From Hemiscyllium ocellatum (lineage: Eukaryota): DNA of 64,000 nucleotides. How positions within the stretch are numbered: position 1 is the first letter of the stretch; every line of letters begins with the position of its first letter. The stretch spans positions 59,424,320 through 59,488,319 of the forward strand of contig NC_083412.1 of assembly GCF_020745735.1 (NCBI RefSeq), read 5' to 3'. A model generated the notes under the pieces. The model did no database searches, had not been told where the DNA came from, and saw nothing but the letters and a program-made list of their open reading frames with translations. This document shows, piece after piece, positions 50,500-63,445 of the stretch. Position numbers and translations under genes: made by a program.

Positions 50500-51520
50500 T
50501 TGAGAAGGTATTGAAAGACTGGGAATAAATGAGTGTTCTTCTGGTTGGTAATCAGTAACTAATGGTGTGCCTCAGGGTTCAGTGTCGGGACCACAATTAT
50601 TCACAGTTTACATTGATGATTTGGTGTTGGGAACCATATGTAGTGTGTCAAAGTTTGCAGAGGACACTAAGATGAGTGGTCGAGCAAAGTCGGCAGAGGA
50701 CTGTGAAGCGTTGTAGAGGGACATGATAGTTTAAGTGAGTTGGTAAAAGTCTGTCAGATGGAGAACAATAAATGTGAAGTTATCCATTTTGATAGGAATA
50801 ATAGTAAAAAACACTATTATTTGAATGGTAAAAAGTTACAGCACGCTGCTGTGTAGAGGGACCTGGGTGTCCTTATACATGAACCACAGAAGGTTGGTCT
50901 GCCGGTGCAACAGGTAATTAAGAAGGCACATGGAATTTTGCCCTTCACTGCTAAAGGGATTGAGTTTAAAATCAGAGAGCTGTACAGGGTGCTAGTGAGG
51001 CTACATCTGGAGGACTGTATGCTATTTTGGTCTCCTTGAAAAAGGATGTACTGTCATTGGAGGGGGTGCAGAGGAGGTTCACTAGGTTGATTCTGGAGTT
51101 GAGAGGGTTAGTTTATGAGGAGGGACTGAGTAGACCAGGATTATATTCATTAGAATTTAGAAGAATGAGGAGGGATGTTATGGAAATGTATCAGATTATG
51201 AAGAGAATTTATAAGCTAGAAGTAGAGAGGATGATTCCACTTGCGGGTGAAACTAGGACAAGAGGGCATAGCCTCAAAATTTGGGGGAGCAGATTTAGGA
51301 CATAATTGAGAAGGAACTTCTTCATCCAGAGGGTTGTGAATCTGTGGAATTCCCTGCCCAGTGAAGTAGTTGAGGCTACCTCAATAAATGCTTCTAAAGC
51401 TAAGATAATATTTTGACCAGTAAAGGAATTAGGGGTTATGGTGAGAGGGTGGGTAAGTGGAGCTGAGGCCACAATCTTATTGAATGGCAGTGCGGGCTTG
51501 AAGGGTCAGACAGCCTACTC
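50500..51520 (+). mobile_element. CR1 RT and 3' fragment
   Basis: GVPQGSVSGPQLF, SKFAEDTK, LEGVQRRFTRLI. Confidence 0.85.
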
Positions 51521-52789
51521 CTGCTCTGAATTTGTATGCACTTGTGAGCTTCCTTATTGAACTGCTGCTGTCCATGTGGTGTGAGTACGATCATAATGCT
51601 GCTGGGAAATGACAGGACTGTTTCAGAAAGACATGGGATTTGAATATCTGTATTTGGATTCTCATAGCCAAAGAATATTTGATAATGCACAGTTCTCAAA
51701 GGGGGAGTTTGGGAACTTTTACCATTACTTATATCACTAGTTCTATCTTTGTACTTTCTGATATTGGACAGAATTCCAGTGGACATATGTTTTATCCTTT
51801 CTGTTGTTATGTTGTTTTGGTTTGTAATTTAGTGCTTGAGGCAGTGTCACTTCACTGAATGAGTAATCTAGCGTCCTAAATAAATTATTTTGTAAAGTGA
51901 GTTCAAGTTCCACTATGGCAACTGGACAGTGTGAATTCAGTTAATAAATCTGGAATTGGGGGCTGATGTGGTGGAGTGGTAGTGTTGAGCCAAGATGCCT
52001 GGGTTTAGGTCTGACATACACCAGATGTGTGTCATAATATTTCTGGTCAGGTTGATTTAAAAATATCCAAGCCGAGAGTTGAAAGCTGGTCCCAGCAAAA
52101 CTGACTGTTAAACTGCCATTGGTTTTCATCACTGCGGGACTCCAGAAACACTGTCGCTGCACAAATTGAGCACTTTGTGTGTAACAAAATAAATTACCTG
52201 CAACCAAAAGTTTCACTAGTGTTTCTTTGCGGAATCTGGCCCCGATGTGATACTCAAATTCACAATATGTGGTTGACTTCTAACTGAAATGACCAAGCAT
52301 GTTATTCAGTTCAAAGGCAATTAGGGATGGTCAACAAATCACTAGGCTTGCCATTGACACCCAAGTCCCATGAAGAATAAAAGAAAAATAGTAATGCTCC
52401 GTGACAGTTATTACCTTCCTAATTTGTTGACGTTATCAACATCTGCCAGGATTGACTGCAACTGGTGTGATTTGATGATCTTAAGACTAGATTTAACACA
52501 TTAGATTTACTGGAAAATTTTACTCCCATACACTCTCTCATACACTCCTCTCTCTCACTCTGACACACACTTGCCCTCTCACATGCTCCTCCTCATATTC
52601 CCCTTCAATGTGCTGCTGTCTCTCCCATACCTGTGGCCCCTCCCCCTGTATTCTGTTTTTTATGTGTAATTTAAAAAATATACTTTATTCATAAATAAGT
52701 CATTTTATATATACATTTTTACAAATGCAATTCGGTTCTGTGCAGTAGCATGTCAAGTAAACAAACATTTGAGTTTGACTCTATCCCAA

Positions 52790-53510
52790 CAAACCCAAAG
52801 GCATCTCTTACACATCCAAGACTACATTTTCTATACATTGACACACTTCGAGGGTCTGATAACTGAACAAACTCCCATTTAGCAGGAAGTTCTCAAACAG
52901 TGGTCCTTCCCCACTGTGCCTTGGCAACAGCTGACCCAAGCTCTAGAATGTTCCTCAGCACGTAGTCCTGGCCCTTGGAATGTGCCAGTTTGCAACACTC
53001 TGGAGCGCAACTCCTTATTCTGGAAGCCATGATATGGAGATGTTGGTGTTGGACTGGGATGGACAAAGTTTAAAAATCACACAACACCAAGTTATATAGT
53101 GCAACAGGTTTATTCAGAAGCATTAGCGTTTGGAGCAACGCTATGAAAACTAATGCTTCCAGACAAACCTGTTGGACTATATCATAGTGTTGTGTGATAT
53201 TTAACTTATTCTGGAAGACACCAAGTTTTGGGCAGACAAAAGAATGTCTTTAACTGAGTTGATGGTCCTCCAAGTGGTGTCAGTGTTTGTTTCGGTGTGC
53301 AACCCGGGGAATAGACAATAGGTTTCAGAGCTTTGTGTCACAGAGCTTCTTGGGCTGAACCTTGAGAAAAAGCCACTGCATCTTTCTCCAGACTTCTTAT
53401 GCAAAGGCACATTCCAGCAGGAGATGTGTGACAGTCTCTATCCCCCTGCAACTGCCTGGAAGGCAGTGTGCAGTGGTGCACACCTGACATTGATGGTGGG
53501 CTGTTGCAGG
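52790..53510 (-). mobile_element. Tx1/L1-clade LINE ORF2 C-terminal remnant (split by a pLTR insert at about 53035-53210)
   Basis: YCLFPGLHTETNTDTTWRTINSVKDILLSAQNL; CRGIETVTHLLLECAF zinc-knuckle region. Confidence 0.75.
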
Positions 53511-54720
53511 AGGGACAGGACTTATGTATATTTGGAAGGGCAAGGACTGATTAGGGATAGTCAACATGGCATTGAGTACGAACTTCAGTAAGGCATTTGA
53601 CAAGGTTCCTCATGGTAGACTGGTTTGCAAGGTTAGATCACATGGAATATAGAGAGAACTAGCCATTTGAATACAGAACTGGCAAGAAGGTAGACGATAG
53701 AGGGTTGTGGTGAGGATTGCTTTTCAGGTTGGAGGCCTGGGACCAGGGAGTGACTCAAGTATCAGGGCTGGCATTTAGATAAATGATTTGGATATAAACA
53801 TCTAACATTTGCAGATGCCACCAAAATTGGAGGTGTAGTGGGCAGTGAAGAAGTTTTACCCCGGAGTATAATGGGATCTTGATCAGATGGGCCAATGGGC
53901 TGAGGAGTGGCAGATGGAGTTTAATTTAGATAAATTTGAGGTAGTGCCTTTTGGAAAAGCAAATCAGGACAGAACTTATACACTTAATGATAAGGTCCTG
54001 GGGAGGGTTGCTGAACAAAGTGAACTTGGAGTGCATGGTCATAGTTCCTTGAAATTAGAGTTGCAGGTGATTAGAATAAGAAGGCTTTTGGTATGCTTTC
54101 CTTTATTGGTCAGAGCATTAAGTGTAGGAATTGGAATATCATGTTGTGGCTGTACAATGTATTCGTTAGATCAGTTTCGGAATATTGTGTGCAGCTCTGG
54201 TCTCCCTCCAATAGGAAGGTTGTTGTGAAACTTGAAAGGGTTCAGAGAAGACTTATAAGGATGCTGCCAGGGTTGGAGGGTTTGAGCTATAGTGAGAGGC
54301 TGAATTGGCTGAGGCTATTTTCCCTGGAGCATCAGAGGTTGAGGAGTGACCCCAAGAGATTTATAAAATCATGAGGGGCATGAATAGGGTGAATAGCGAA
54401 TGACTTTTCTCTGGGATGAGGGAGTCCAGAACTAGAGGACATAGGTTTATGGTGAGAGGAGAAAGGTTTAAAAGGAACATAAGGGGCAACTTTTTTTTAT
54501 GCAAAGGGTGGTGCGTGTGTGGAATGAGCTGCCAGAGGAAGTGGTAGAGGCTTGGACAATTATAGCATTTAAAAGGCATCTGTAATGGTATATGAATAGG
54601 AAGGGTTTGGAGGGATATGGGCCAAATGCTGATAAATGGGACTAGATCTGTTTCAGATATTTGGTCGGCATGAACAAGTTGGACCGAAGGGTCTGTTTCT
54701 GTGGTGTATATGTCTGTTAC
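53510..54720 (+). mobile_element. CR1 RT and 3' fragment
   Basis: WAEEWQMEFNLDKFE, EYCVQLWSP, LERVQRR. Confidence 0.88.
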
Positions 54721-54769
54721 TCTACTTGGAGCATTCAACAGCAACAAGGCCATTTCCAACCTTTAATAC

Positions 54770-55240
54770 CATAAGGTATCGGAGTAGAAATTTGGCCATT
54801 TAGCCCATTGAGTCTGCTCTACCATTCAATCATGGCTGATAAGTTTCTCAACCCCATTCTCCCACTTTCTCACCGTAACCCTTGATCCCCTTGATACTCA
54901 AGAACCTATTAACTCAGTCTTAAATATGGCCAGGCCTCCACAGCCCTCTGTGGCAAAGCATTCCATAGATTCACCACTCTCTGGCTGAAGAAGTTTCTCT
55001 TCATCTCCGTTCTAAAAGGATTTCCCCTTACTCTAAGGCTGTGCCCTTGGGTTCTAGTCTCTCCTGCCAACGGAAACATCTTCCCAACATCTACTCTGAA
55101 CAGGCCATTCAGTATTCTGAATGTTTCAATTAGATCCCCCTTCCTCCTCTAAACTCCATTGAGAGTGTAAACCCAGAGTCCCCAAATGTTCCTCATATGT
55201 TAAGCTTTTCATTCCTGGGATCATTCTCGTGAACCTTTGC
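54770..55240 (-). mobile_element. CR1 3' fragment
   Basis: Reverse complement of a CR1 3' end with the ccataag tail at about 54770. Confidence 0.8.
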
Positions 55241-55460
55241 AAACCTCAGTACGTAATGTCACTTGGTATTTGCATACCAAGGGTTTATGCACAGTTTGAT
55301 GCAGCTGCACACAAAGATGGCCATCAGGATGAGGGTGGTGTTGGGTAAATTCTTTCCACTTATCCAGAGTTTTGTACGAGGTGTCCCTGTAGATATGATC
55401 CATCTTACACTTCCAGATGAAGTGGAAGATGACTGAAACTACAATTTTGGGGAATGGGCT
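55240..55460 (-). mobile_element. Tx1-like LINE remnant
   Basis: VIFHFIWKCKMDHIYRDT.YK. Confidence 0.65.
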
Positions 55461-56233
55461 AGACCTGTGCCACATCCAATAACAGAGAGAGTGATTCACA
55501 CCCAATGACCAGGTTTCCATTTGCAATGGAGAGAGAGTGGTGCTCCCAAAAGCCTAGTTTCTGCCTCACTTTGGTATTATACTCCTCCCAAGAATTTGTG
55601 CATGCCCTCCCCCTCCAAGCAATGTTCCCAGCAGATTCAGGTAATCTGTCCTGAAAGTGAACGGGCTAAAGGATTGGTTGGCCCAGTTCCCAAAGAACAT
55701 GGCCTCGCTTTTTCTTCAATTTACCATGGCTCCTGAGGTCGGTTGGAACTCTTTGCCGATGCTCATCGGTTTGCACGCTGACAGCAGATCCGAGCAGTGA
55801 ACCTTTAATTGGCAGGCCTCTGCTCTGCCTGGAATCGTCACCTCTCTCAGGCTCGCATCCTTCCTGAAGGACTGCTCCACCTAACATACAGTCCCCCACC
55901 CATGCGCTATGTCACATTGTCTCTCTGATTCATTCACATTGCCCCTTTCTGAAAACGCTTCACATTTGGCTGCACCAGTTCTGTCTACCACGTTTCTCTG
56001 CATTGCATCATCTTCTCAATTCGTTGTTGTTGTTCCCTTCTGAAATATTGACGAGAACTCCTATTTTAATATTATTTGGGACTGTAGATTATTGTCCCTC
56101 TGATTGTATCCAAATCATTGATGTGTGGTTGCAGAACTCTACCCTTCAGGATAATGTTGCCATCTGCAACCACGGTTCAAATTTAGTCAGTGCAAGTTCC
56201 TCCCTTCTAACCAGTTGTTAATTCTTTTTCAGG

Positions 56234-56282
56234 ATGCTGTCACTGTGCTGCCTCCTACTTGTTTTACTACTTCCTCAGTTTG
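56234..56282 (+). CDS. Signal-peptide exon of an unidentified secreted or membrane protein
   Basis: Acceptor attctttttcAG (56231-32), then G-ATG: MLSLCCLLLVLLLPQF(G), then G|GTAAGT (56283). This is a phase-1 leader exon preceded by a non-coding exon. No matching downstream exon was found in the window. Confidence 0.75.
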
Positions 56283-57831
56283 GTAAGTTTTTTTATTCCT
56301 TTTAATGCACATGAATGAATCTAAATGAAAATGCAAATATGAATGACTAATATTAAATACTTCTGGCAAATCATGTTTGACTAATTTGATTGAGTTTTTG
56401 ATGAAGTAACAGAAGTTGCTGAAGGTAATGCAGTTGATGTGGAATATGTCGACATCCAGAATGCATGGAATTAGATGTCACGTCACAAAAATACAAACTT
56501 GACTGAGTAACAGTTAACAGAATAGTGGTGAACACTAGTTTTCTGGGCAGTAATTGTGTTTCCCAGGGGAAAGTATCAGGACCATTGTTCTTCTTGGTCT
56601 ATGGGGAAAAAAAAACTAAATCTGCACGTGTAGAGCACTACTTTAAAATTGCATACTGATAAAAAATGTATAGTTGTGAACTGTGAAGAGGACAATGAAA
56701 AACTGGCAGAAAGCACAGACAGGATGCTGGAGTAGGCAGACATGTGACAGATGCATTTACTGTAGGGAACTGTGGAATTTGTGGGACGGCTGTTTGTTCT
56801 AGTCTTTGCATTACTGCTTTGGCTATGAGCCCATAGAAACAAGGTGAGTGGGAAAGATTAGGGTAAAACTCAAAGGCGTCCTACATGTACGTGAGGAATA
56901 GGAGAATGATCAGAGACAGGGAAGGACCGATCAGGGATAGTGGAGGGAACTTGTGCTGGGAGTCTGAAAAGGTAGGGGAGGCCCTAAATGAGTTTTTTTG
57001 GGTTCAGTATTCACGAGAGAGAAGGACCTTGTTGATAGTGAGAACACCATGGACCAGGTTAATAGGCTTGAACAGGTTGATCTTAAGGAAATAAATGTGC
57101 TGGAAATTCTGGGAAGCATCAAGATAGATTTGTCCCTATGCCTGGACCAAATACATTCAAGGTTACCACAGGAAGCAAGGAATGAGATTGTTACGCCTAT
57201 GCAATGATCTTTGCATTCTCACTCTCCACGGGAGTCGTACCAGCTGATTGCAGGGAGATGAATGGTGTTGCTCTGTTCAAGAAATGGAATTGGGAAATCC
57301 CTGGCAATTACAGCCCAGTCAGTCTTATGTCTGTAGTAAGCAAGGTATTGGAAACAATTCTGAGAGATAGCATTTATGACTATTTGGGAAAACATAGTTT
57401 GATTAAAGATAGTCAACACGGCTTTGTGATGGGCAGGGCATGCCTCACAAGCCTTATTGAGTTCTCTGAGGACGTGACAACACAGTTTGACAAAGGTCAA
57501 GCAGTGTTGTGTATATGGATTTCAATAAGGCATTTGATAAGGTTCCCCATTGTAGGCTCATTCAGAAAATTAGGAGGCATAGGATACAGGAAAATTTGGC
57601 TATTTGGATATAGAATTGGCTGGCCCATAGAGGGTGGTAGTGGATGGAAGGTATTCGGCCTGGAGGTCAGTGACCACTGGTGTTCTTCAGGGATCTGATC
57701 TTGGGCCTCTGCTCTTTGCAGTTTTTATAAATGACTTGGATGAGGAAGTGGATGGGTGGATTAGTAAGTTTGCCGATGACACAAAGGTTAGCTATGGATA
57801 ATATCAAGGGCTGTTTCAGGCTACAACATAA

Positions 57832-58059
57832 CATTGCTGAAAATGTGTTGCTGGAAAAGCGCAGCAGGTCAGGCAGCATCCAAGGAACAGGAGATTCGAC
57901 GTTCCGGGCATAAGCCCTTCTTCAGGAATTCATTCCTGAAGAAGGGCTTATGCCCGAAACATCGAATCTCATGTTCCTTGGATGCTGTCTGACCTGCTGT
58001 GCTTTTCCAGCAACACATTTTCAGCTCTGATCTCCAGCATCTGCAGACCTCACTTTCTC
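57832..58059. mobile_element. Short inverted pLTR hairpin insertion with 11-bp TSD
   Basis: TSD CTACAACATAA at 57821-57831 and 58060-58070. Confidence 0.88.
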
Positions 58060-58589
58060 CTACAACATAATGTTGACAGGTTGCAGAGCTGGACTGAGCA
58101 GTGGCAGATGGAGTTCAACCTGGATAAATGTGAAGTGATTCATTTTCAAAGGTCAAATTTGATTGCTGAATACAGGGTTAAAGTCTGAATTCTTTGCAGT
58201 GTGGAGGAACAGCAGGATCTTGAGGTTCATGTACGTAGATCCCTCAAAGTTGCCATCCAAGTTGAAAGGATTGTTAAGAAGTCTTATGATGTTTTGGCTT
58301 TCGTTAACACAGGGATTGAGTTTAAAAGCTGTGAGGTTTTGCTGCAGCTCTATAAAACCCTGGTTAGACCACACTTGGAATATTGTGTCCAGTTCTAGTT
58401 GCCTCATTATAGGGAAGGGTGTAGATACTTTAGAGAGAGTGCAGAGGAGATTTTTCCAGGATGCTGCCTAGATTGGAGAGCTTGTCTTCTGAAGAGAAGT
58501 TGAATGAGCTAGGGCTTTTCACACTGGAGAGAAGAAGGAAGAGAGATGACTTGGCAGAGATGTATAAGGTAATCAGATTCTAGATATAA

Positions 58590-58810
58590 GTTTGCTCACT
58601 GAGCTGGACGGTTCATTTGCAGACGTTTCATCACCATACTGGGTAACATCATCTGTGAGCCTCTGGTGAAACACTGGTGTTAGTGAACCACTTTCTATTT
58701 ATGTGTTTGGGTTTCCTGGGGTTGGTGATGTCACTTGCTGGTGTTATGTCATTTCCTGTTCTTTTTCTCAGAAGGTGGTAAATAGGGTCCAAGTCGATGT
58801 GAATCTTCTC
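58590..58810 (-). mobile_element. Penelope 3' terminal fragment
   Basis: HIDLDPIYHLLRKRTGNDIT plus terminal repeat. Confidence 0.8.
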
Positions 58811-59905
58811 AAAACTCGCTAAGGTAATGAGAGGCATAGATAGAGTTCATAGCCAGAGATGTTACACCAGGGAAGAAATGGCTGCCACAAGGAGTCATAA
58901 TTTTAATCGAGGAAGGTTTGGGAAATGCCAGAAGGAGATTATTTACGCAAAGTAGTGGGTGCGTGGCATGCACTGCCAGCGGTGGTAGTAGAGTCAGAGA
59001 CATTAAGGACATTTAAGCAACTGCTGGACATGTACATGGATGACAGTAAATTGAGGACTGTGTAGGTTAGGTTGATCTTAGATTCAGGTAAATGCTCGGC
59101 ACAACACCGTGGGCCAAAGGGCCTGTCCTGTGCTGCACAGTTCTATGTTCTATGCTCTTATGTTCTAATCAATATAGTGTCTTCACTGGGGGAATGTGAA
59201 AATTATTTTGAGCCATAAGTCCTGTGCATGTGGATTGTTAGTTACCTCTTAAAGCTGCTGACCTTCACAAGGAAAGGTGTAGCTGACTTTGCAGGGCAGC
59301 CATGAGCAACTGTGAGCCTTGAGAAGCCCAGCTTTGGGCTGCACCACTTCGGGCAGCAGCAAACTGAGCTGACTGACAGACTGACTGACAGGAGCAAGTG
59401 GGATGATGAGAGGATAAATATTGTCATCTTGTGAGAGGAGGGCAGGTTCATGTTCCACAGTGCCACTGCCACTGCTACAAAACATCACCTCTTCCATATC
59501 TGTCTGTGACTGACTGGCAGTGGTTTGAGACTGTTGGCTAAGTTTCCAGGACAATGCAGTTACCTCCACAGGATTTTGTTTGTGCTGCCATCAAGGTTAA
59601 GACTACCGTCATCAAATGATCCCTTCACAGTGGAAAGCATGGACTCCAGACTCTCGACAATATCCTCTGATCTGCTAGAGCTGAATTTTTTATGCTCCTA
59701 TCCAGTGACTGCAAGCTATTCAGCAGACAATGCCAGTGCACCAAGTGCTTTTGTTTGCACATTCATTGTCATTTTCCTGTGGTTCAGGTCTCCTGCAACA
59801 ACGGGAGTGTGACCTTGCCCTTCGAAGAGATTGCACATGAACTGACCTATCCCCCGTCCCATTATCTGCAAACACATTCCTGGTAATGTTTCACATCAGA
59901 TTCCA

Positions 59906-60597
59906 ACTATTATCAAAAGTTCACACTACTCAAATCTTTTCCAAGTTTTCAAAAAACTCTCTTGATTCTGGGAAATACCATTAGATTGGAGACAACAAAC
60001 AGAGTTTTGGTCTATTCCACCTCTCCCTATCGCTCAAATATATCTCTTTTATACAAAAAAGGAGGTCGATGTTGATGTATATTTTGTTCCACAAATCCGG
60101 ATAACACAAGTTTCAGTACAACGGTAGATGCTTTATTATTGGACAGCCGGCGAGAGATTCTCAATGTTCCCAAAAGTAGTTGTGTGCCTACTTGTGGTGA
60201 CACTTCTCCACGAATCCCTACTCTGCACACAAAGGCAGTACTTTTTATAGGAATAATACAAACGGTCTATAAGTCACATGGTTGATTGTTGTTACATTGT
60301 TTAAGATAGATAATTATAATTTTACAAGGCCCGGTGAATGTCGATGTCCTGTGATAACGAGTGAATGGATTACAGGGGCTGTTTATCATATTTTTCATAA
60401 TCATATGTTGATGGGAAAAGTTCACACTACTATCAAAAGTTCATGCTACTCTTATCTTTTCGAAGTTTTCAAAAAACCTCCCTTGTTTCTGGGCAAGTCC
60501 CATTAGATTGGAGACAACAAACAGAGTCTTGGTTTATTCCACTTCTCCCTATCACTCAAACCCTGCAATATAACTCCTTTATGTAAAAAGGGAGGTA
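59906..60597. repeat. Local direct duplication of about 165 bp (59906-60066 and 60426-60597)
   Basis: Shared tatcaaaagttca...aagttttcaaaaaac...ccattagattggagacaacaaacagag...tattccac.tctccctatc.ctcaaa...aaaaagg.agg. Confidence 0.85.
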
Positions 60598-61362
60598 GAG
60601 GGTAACAAAAAACAAGAAACTACCGGTTAATGAGTTCAATGTTTGACATAGGAAAAATGTTACAAACTTTATTGACAAAGGTATATTAGGGTATTTATAG
60701 GTTTAAGGTACAGTCAGCATGTTTTGTTAGAAGGAACTTTGTAAAGTTAACACATGCAATGGTTATTGGGGCGTTGGTGCATGCATTCTAGTTTGCAGTT
60801 GATAAAGTGCCACATCAAAATTGTCATGGAAAATAAAATCTCATGCTGTAGTGGGTAACGTATTGACATGGGTAGACAATTGGCTGGCAAATAGGCAGCA
60901 GAGTGTAGGGATAAATGGGTCTTCTTTCGGCTGGAAAAATGCATTGAGTGGTGTGCTACAGAGACTGATGTTTGAACGTCGGCCATACATCTGTATTCCA
61001 CTTGCAGCCACAGGCAAAGGTATTTGTCCTCCTTGGACAAGACTGTTGGTTTTGGCCATAATGTTATTAACTGCCCCCTGCTCCCATTACCATGCTTCTC
61101 CTTCCTATTAACATAGATATGTGAATCCCACACTGAGAACAAACAAAGTCCTTCTGTTTAAATCTCTTCCCATCAACACATTATTATGCAGAATACGATA
61201 ACCAGTCCCTTGTATAAATAACTTTGATGAAATGGTGGATTGTATTTTGCTGGAGACATAAAGGTGAGGCAAAAAGTAAGTTTGAAGATCAAAGTTTGGG
61301 AGAAGATTTGAGCTCGGGTGCTCGTTGTTGTGGTTCTGTTCGCCGAGCTGGGAGTTTGTGTT

Positions 61363-61402
61363 GCAAACGTTTCGTCCCCTGTCTAGGTGACATCCTCAGT
61401 GC
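61363..61402 (-). ncRNA. Minimal hammerhead ribozyme motif (GUU triplet)
   Basis: GCA-CTGAGGA-TGTCACCTAGACAGGGGAC-GAAAC-GTT-TGC. Confidence 0.65.
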
Positions 61403-62163
61403 TTGGGAGCCTCCTGTGAAGTGCTTCTGTGATGTTTCCTCCAGCATTTATAGTGGCTTGTCTCTGCCGCTTCCGGTTGTCAGTTCTTGTTGTCAGCTGC
61501 AGTGGCCGGTATATTGGGTCCAGGTCGATGTGTTTGTTGATAGAATCTGTGGATGAGTGCCATGCCTCTAGGAATTCCCTGGCTGTTCTCTGTTTGGCTT
61601 GCCCTATAATAGTAGTGTTGTCCCAGTCGAATTCATGTTGCTTGTCATCTGCGTGTGTGGCTACTAAGGATAGCTGGTCGTGTCGTTTCGTGACTAGTTG
61701 GTGTTCATGGATGCGGGTCGCTAGCTGTCTTCCTGTTTGTCCTGTGTAGTGTTTTGTGCAGTCCTTGCATGCAAAACCAATGTGTACAAAATCCCATGCA
61801 AGGACTGCACAAAATATTACATAGGACAAACGGGAAGACAGCTGGCGACCCGCATCCATGAATACCAACTAGCCACGAAACGACACGACCAGCTATCCTT
61901 AGTAGCCACACACGCAGATGACAAGCAACATGAATTCGACTGGGACAACACTACTATTATAGGGCAAGCCAAACAGAGAACAGCCAGGGAATTCCTAGAG
62001 GCATGGTACTCATCCACAAATTCTATCAACAAACACATCGACCTGGACCCAATATACCGGCCACTGCAGCTGACAGCAAGAACTGACAACCGGAAGCAGC
62101 AGAGACAAACCATTATAAATGCCGGAGGAAAGATCACAGAAGCGCTTCATAGGAGGCTCCCAA

Positions 62164-62203
62164 GCACTGATGATGTCACCTAGACAGGGGACGAAACATT
62201 TGC
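62164..62203 (+). ncRNA. Minimal hammerhead motif with a CpG-type mutation in stem III
   Basis: GCA-CTGATGA-TGTCACCTAGACAGGGGAC-GAAAC-ATT-TGC. Confidence 0.55.
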
Positions 62204-62677
62204 AACACAAACTCCCAGCTCGGCGAACAGAACCACAACAATAAGTTTGAAGATGAAAGAAGTATTGTACAAAAGGATGTAGATAAGTTGTGAGTCGGCA
62301 AAAATGTGCCAAATGTGGGAAAACGTGAAATTGTCCAATATGACAGGAAGAGTGGAAAAGAAGCATGTTGTCTAAATGGTGACACATTGAAGAGTCCTGA
62401 GGTGCTGAGGGCTGTGCATGTTTTACTGCATGAATCATACAAGGTTGATATGCAGATACAGCAAATAATTAGCAAAGCTAATGGAATCTTATTATTTATC
62501 ACAAGAGGAAGTAATTGTGAAAATAAGGTGGTTACTGCTTTAGTTAAACAGGTGAGACCACATCCAGAGTACTGTGTACAGTTCTGGCCACCTTACTTAA
62601 GAAAACATGTAAATATGTTGGAAGTAATTCAGAGAAGTTTTATCAGACAAATACCTGGAATGGGCAGTAGTCTTATG

Positions 62678-62803
62678 AGCTGAAAATGTGTTGCTGGAAA
62701 GGCGCAGCAGGTCAGGCAGCATCCAAGGAGCAGGAGAATCGACGTTTCGGGCATGAGCCCTTCTTCAGGAAGGCTCCAGCATCTGCAGTCCTCACTTTAT
62801 CCT
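62678..62803. mobile_element. Short pLTR insertion with 12-bp TSD
   Basis: TSD AGTAGTCTTATG at 62666-62677 and 62804-62815. Confidence 0.85.
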
Positions 62804-63445
62804 AGTAGTCTTATGTCGAAAGGTTGTACAGGTTAGGCTTATGTTCACTGGGAGTTAGAAGAGAAAGAGCTGACTTGCTTGAAACATATAAGATCCTAAG
62901 GAGTTATGACAGGGTCTGTGTGGAGATAATGATTCCTCATTTGGAAAAATCTTGAATTCTGGTCACTGTTTATAAACTTCACTGATTTAAAACTGACATG
63001 AGACAGTTTGCATTTTCTCAGAGGCTCTTGAGGTTTTGCTTCTACCAACTTTTCAAGAAGAGAATTCCATAGTCCTTGAATATTTTTAAGGCAGAGCTGG
63101 ATTATTGGGAATGAAAATGATGATAACAAGAGGATAGGACAGGTTTATTAATAAAGGGATTCCATTTATCATGCACATTGAGGAGTTGAATCACCACAGG
63201 ATGTTGATGGCATTACATAGGTATTGTATTCTGCTGTAGGGTACAAATGCTGAGGTTTAGAGAATTGTGGTAGCGAGGCTTCATATGGGCTCCAGCAGGT
63301 TTGGTTCATAAATCACGCCAGCAACATTTGGAATATGACAGTCCTGATCCTTTCAATATCACAGAACTTGATAGTTGTTCATCACTTGCTGTAGTTTTTA
63401 GCCTTGGCTCAGGTAGTAAGGTTTTGTTCACACTTTACCCTGAGC

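Larger units (their letters stand above)
56830..59170 (+). mobile_element. CR1 RT and 3' end with nested pLTR hairpin and Penelope fragment
   Basis: PGNYSPVSLMSVVSKVLE, QHGFVMGRACLTSLIEF, LVRPHLEYCVQF. Confidence 0.9.
61290..62241. mobile_element. Penelope insertion made of two inverted GIY-YIG/pLTR arms, with 13-bp TSD
   Basis: - arm about 61290-61771, + arm about 61772-62241. TSD TAAGTTTGAAGAT at 61277-61289 and 62242-62254. Confidence 0.92.
61230..63100 (+). mobile_element. Old CR1 fragment hosting the inverted Penelope insertion
   Basis: PNVGKREIVQY, VRPHPEYCVQFWPPYLRK. Confidence 0.7.

Noticed and set aside
59242-59886. Ser/Gln-rich ORFs as exons of the second gene
   Set aside because: No Ig or other recognisable domain, frames are interrupted, and the best readings are on the opposite strand. 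Probably a decayed repeat.
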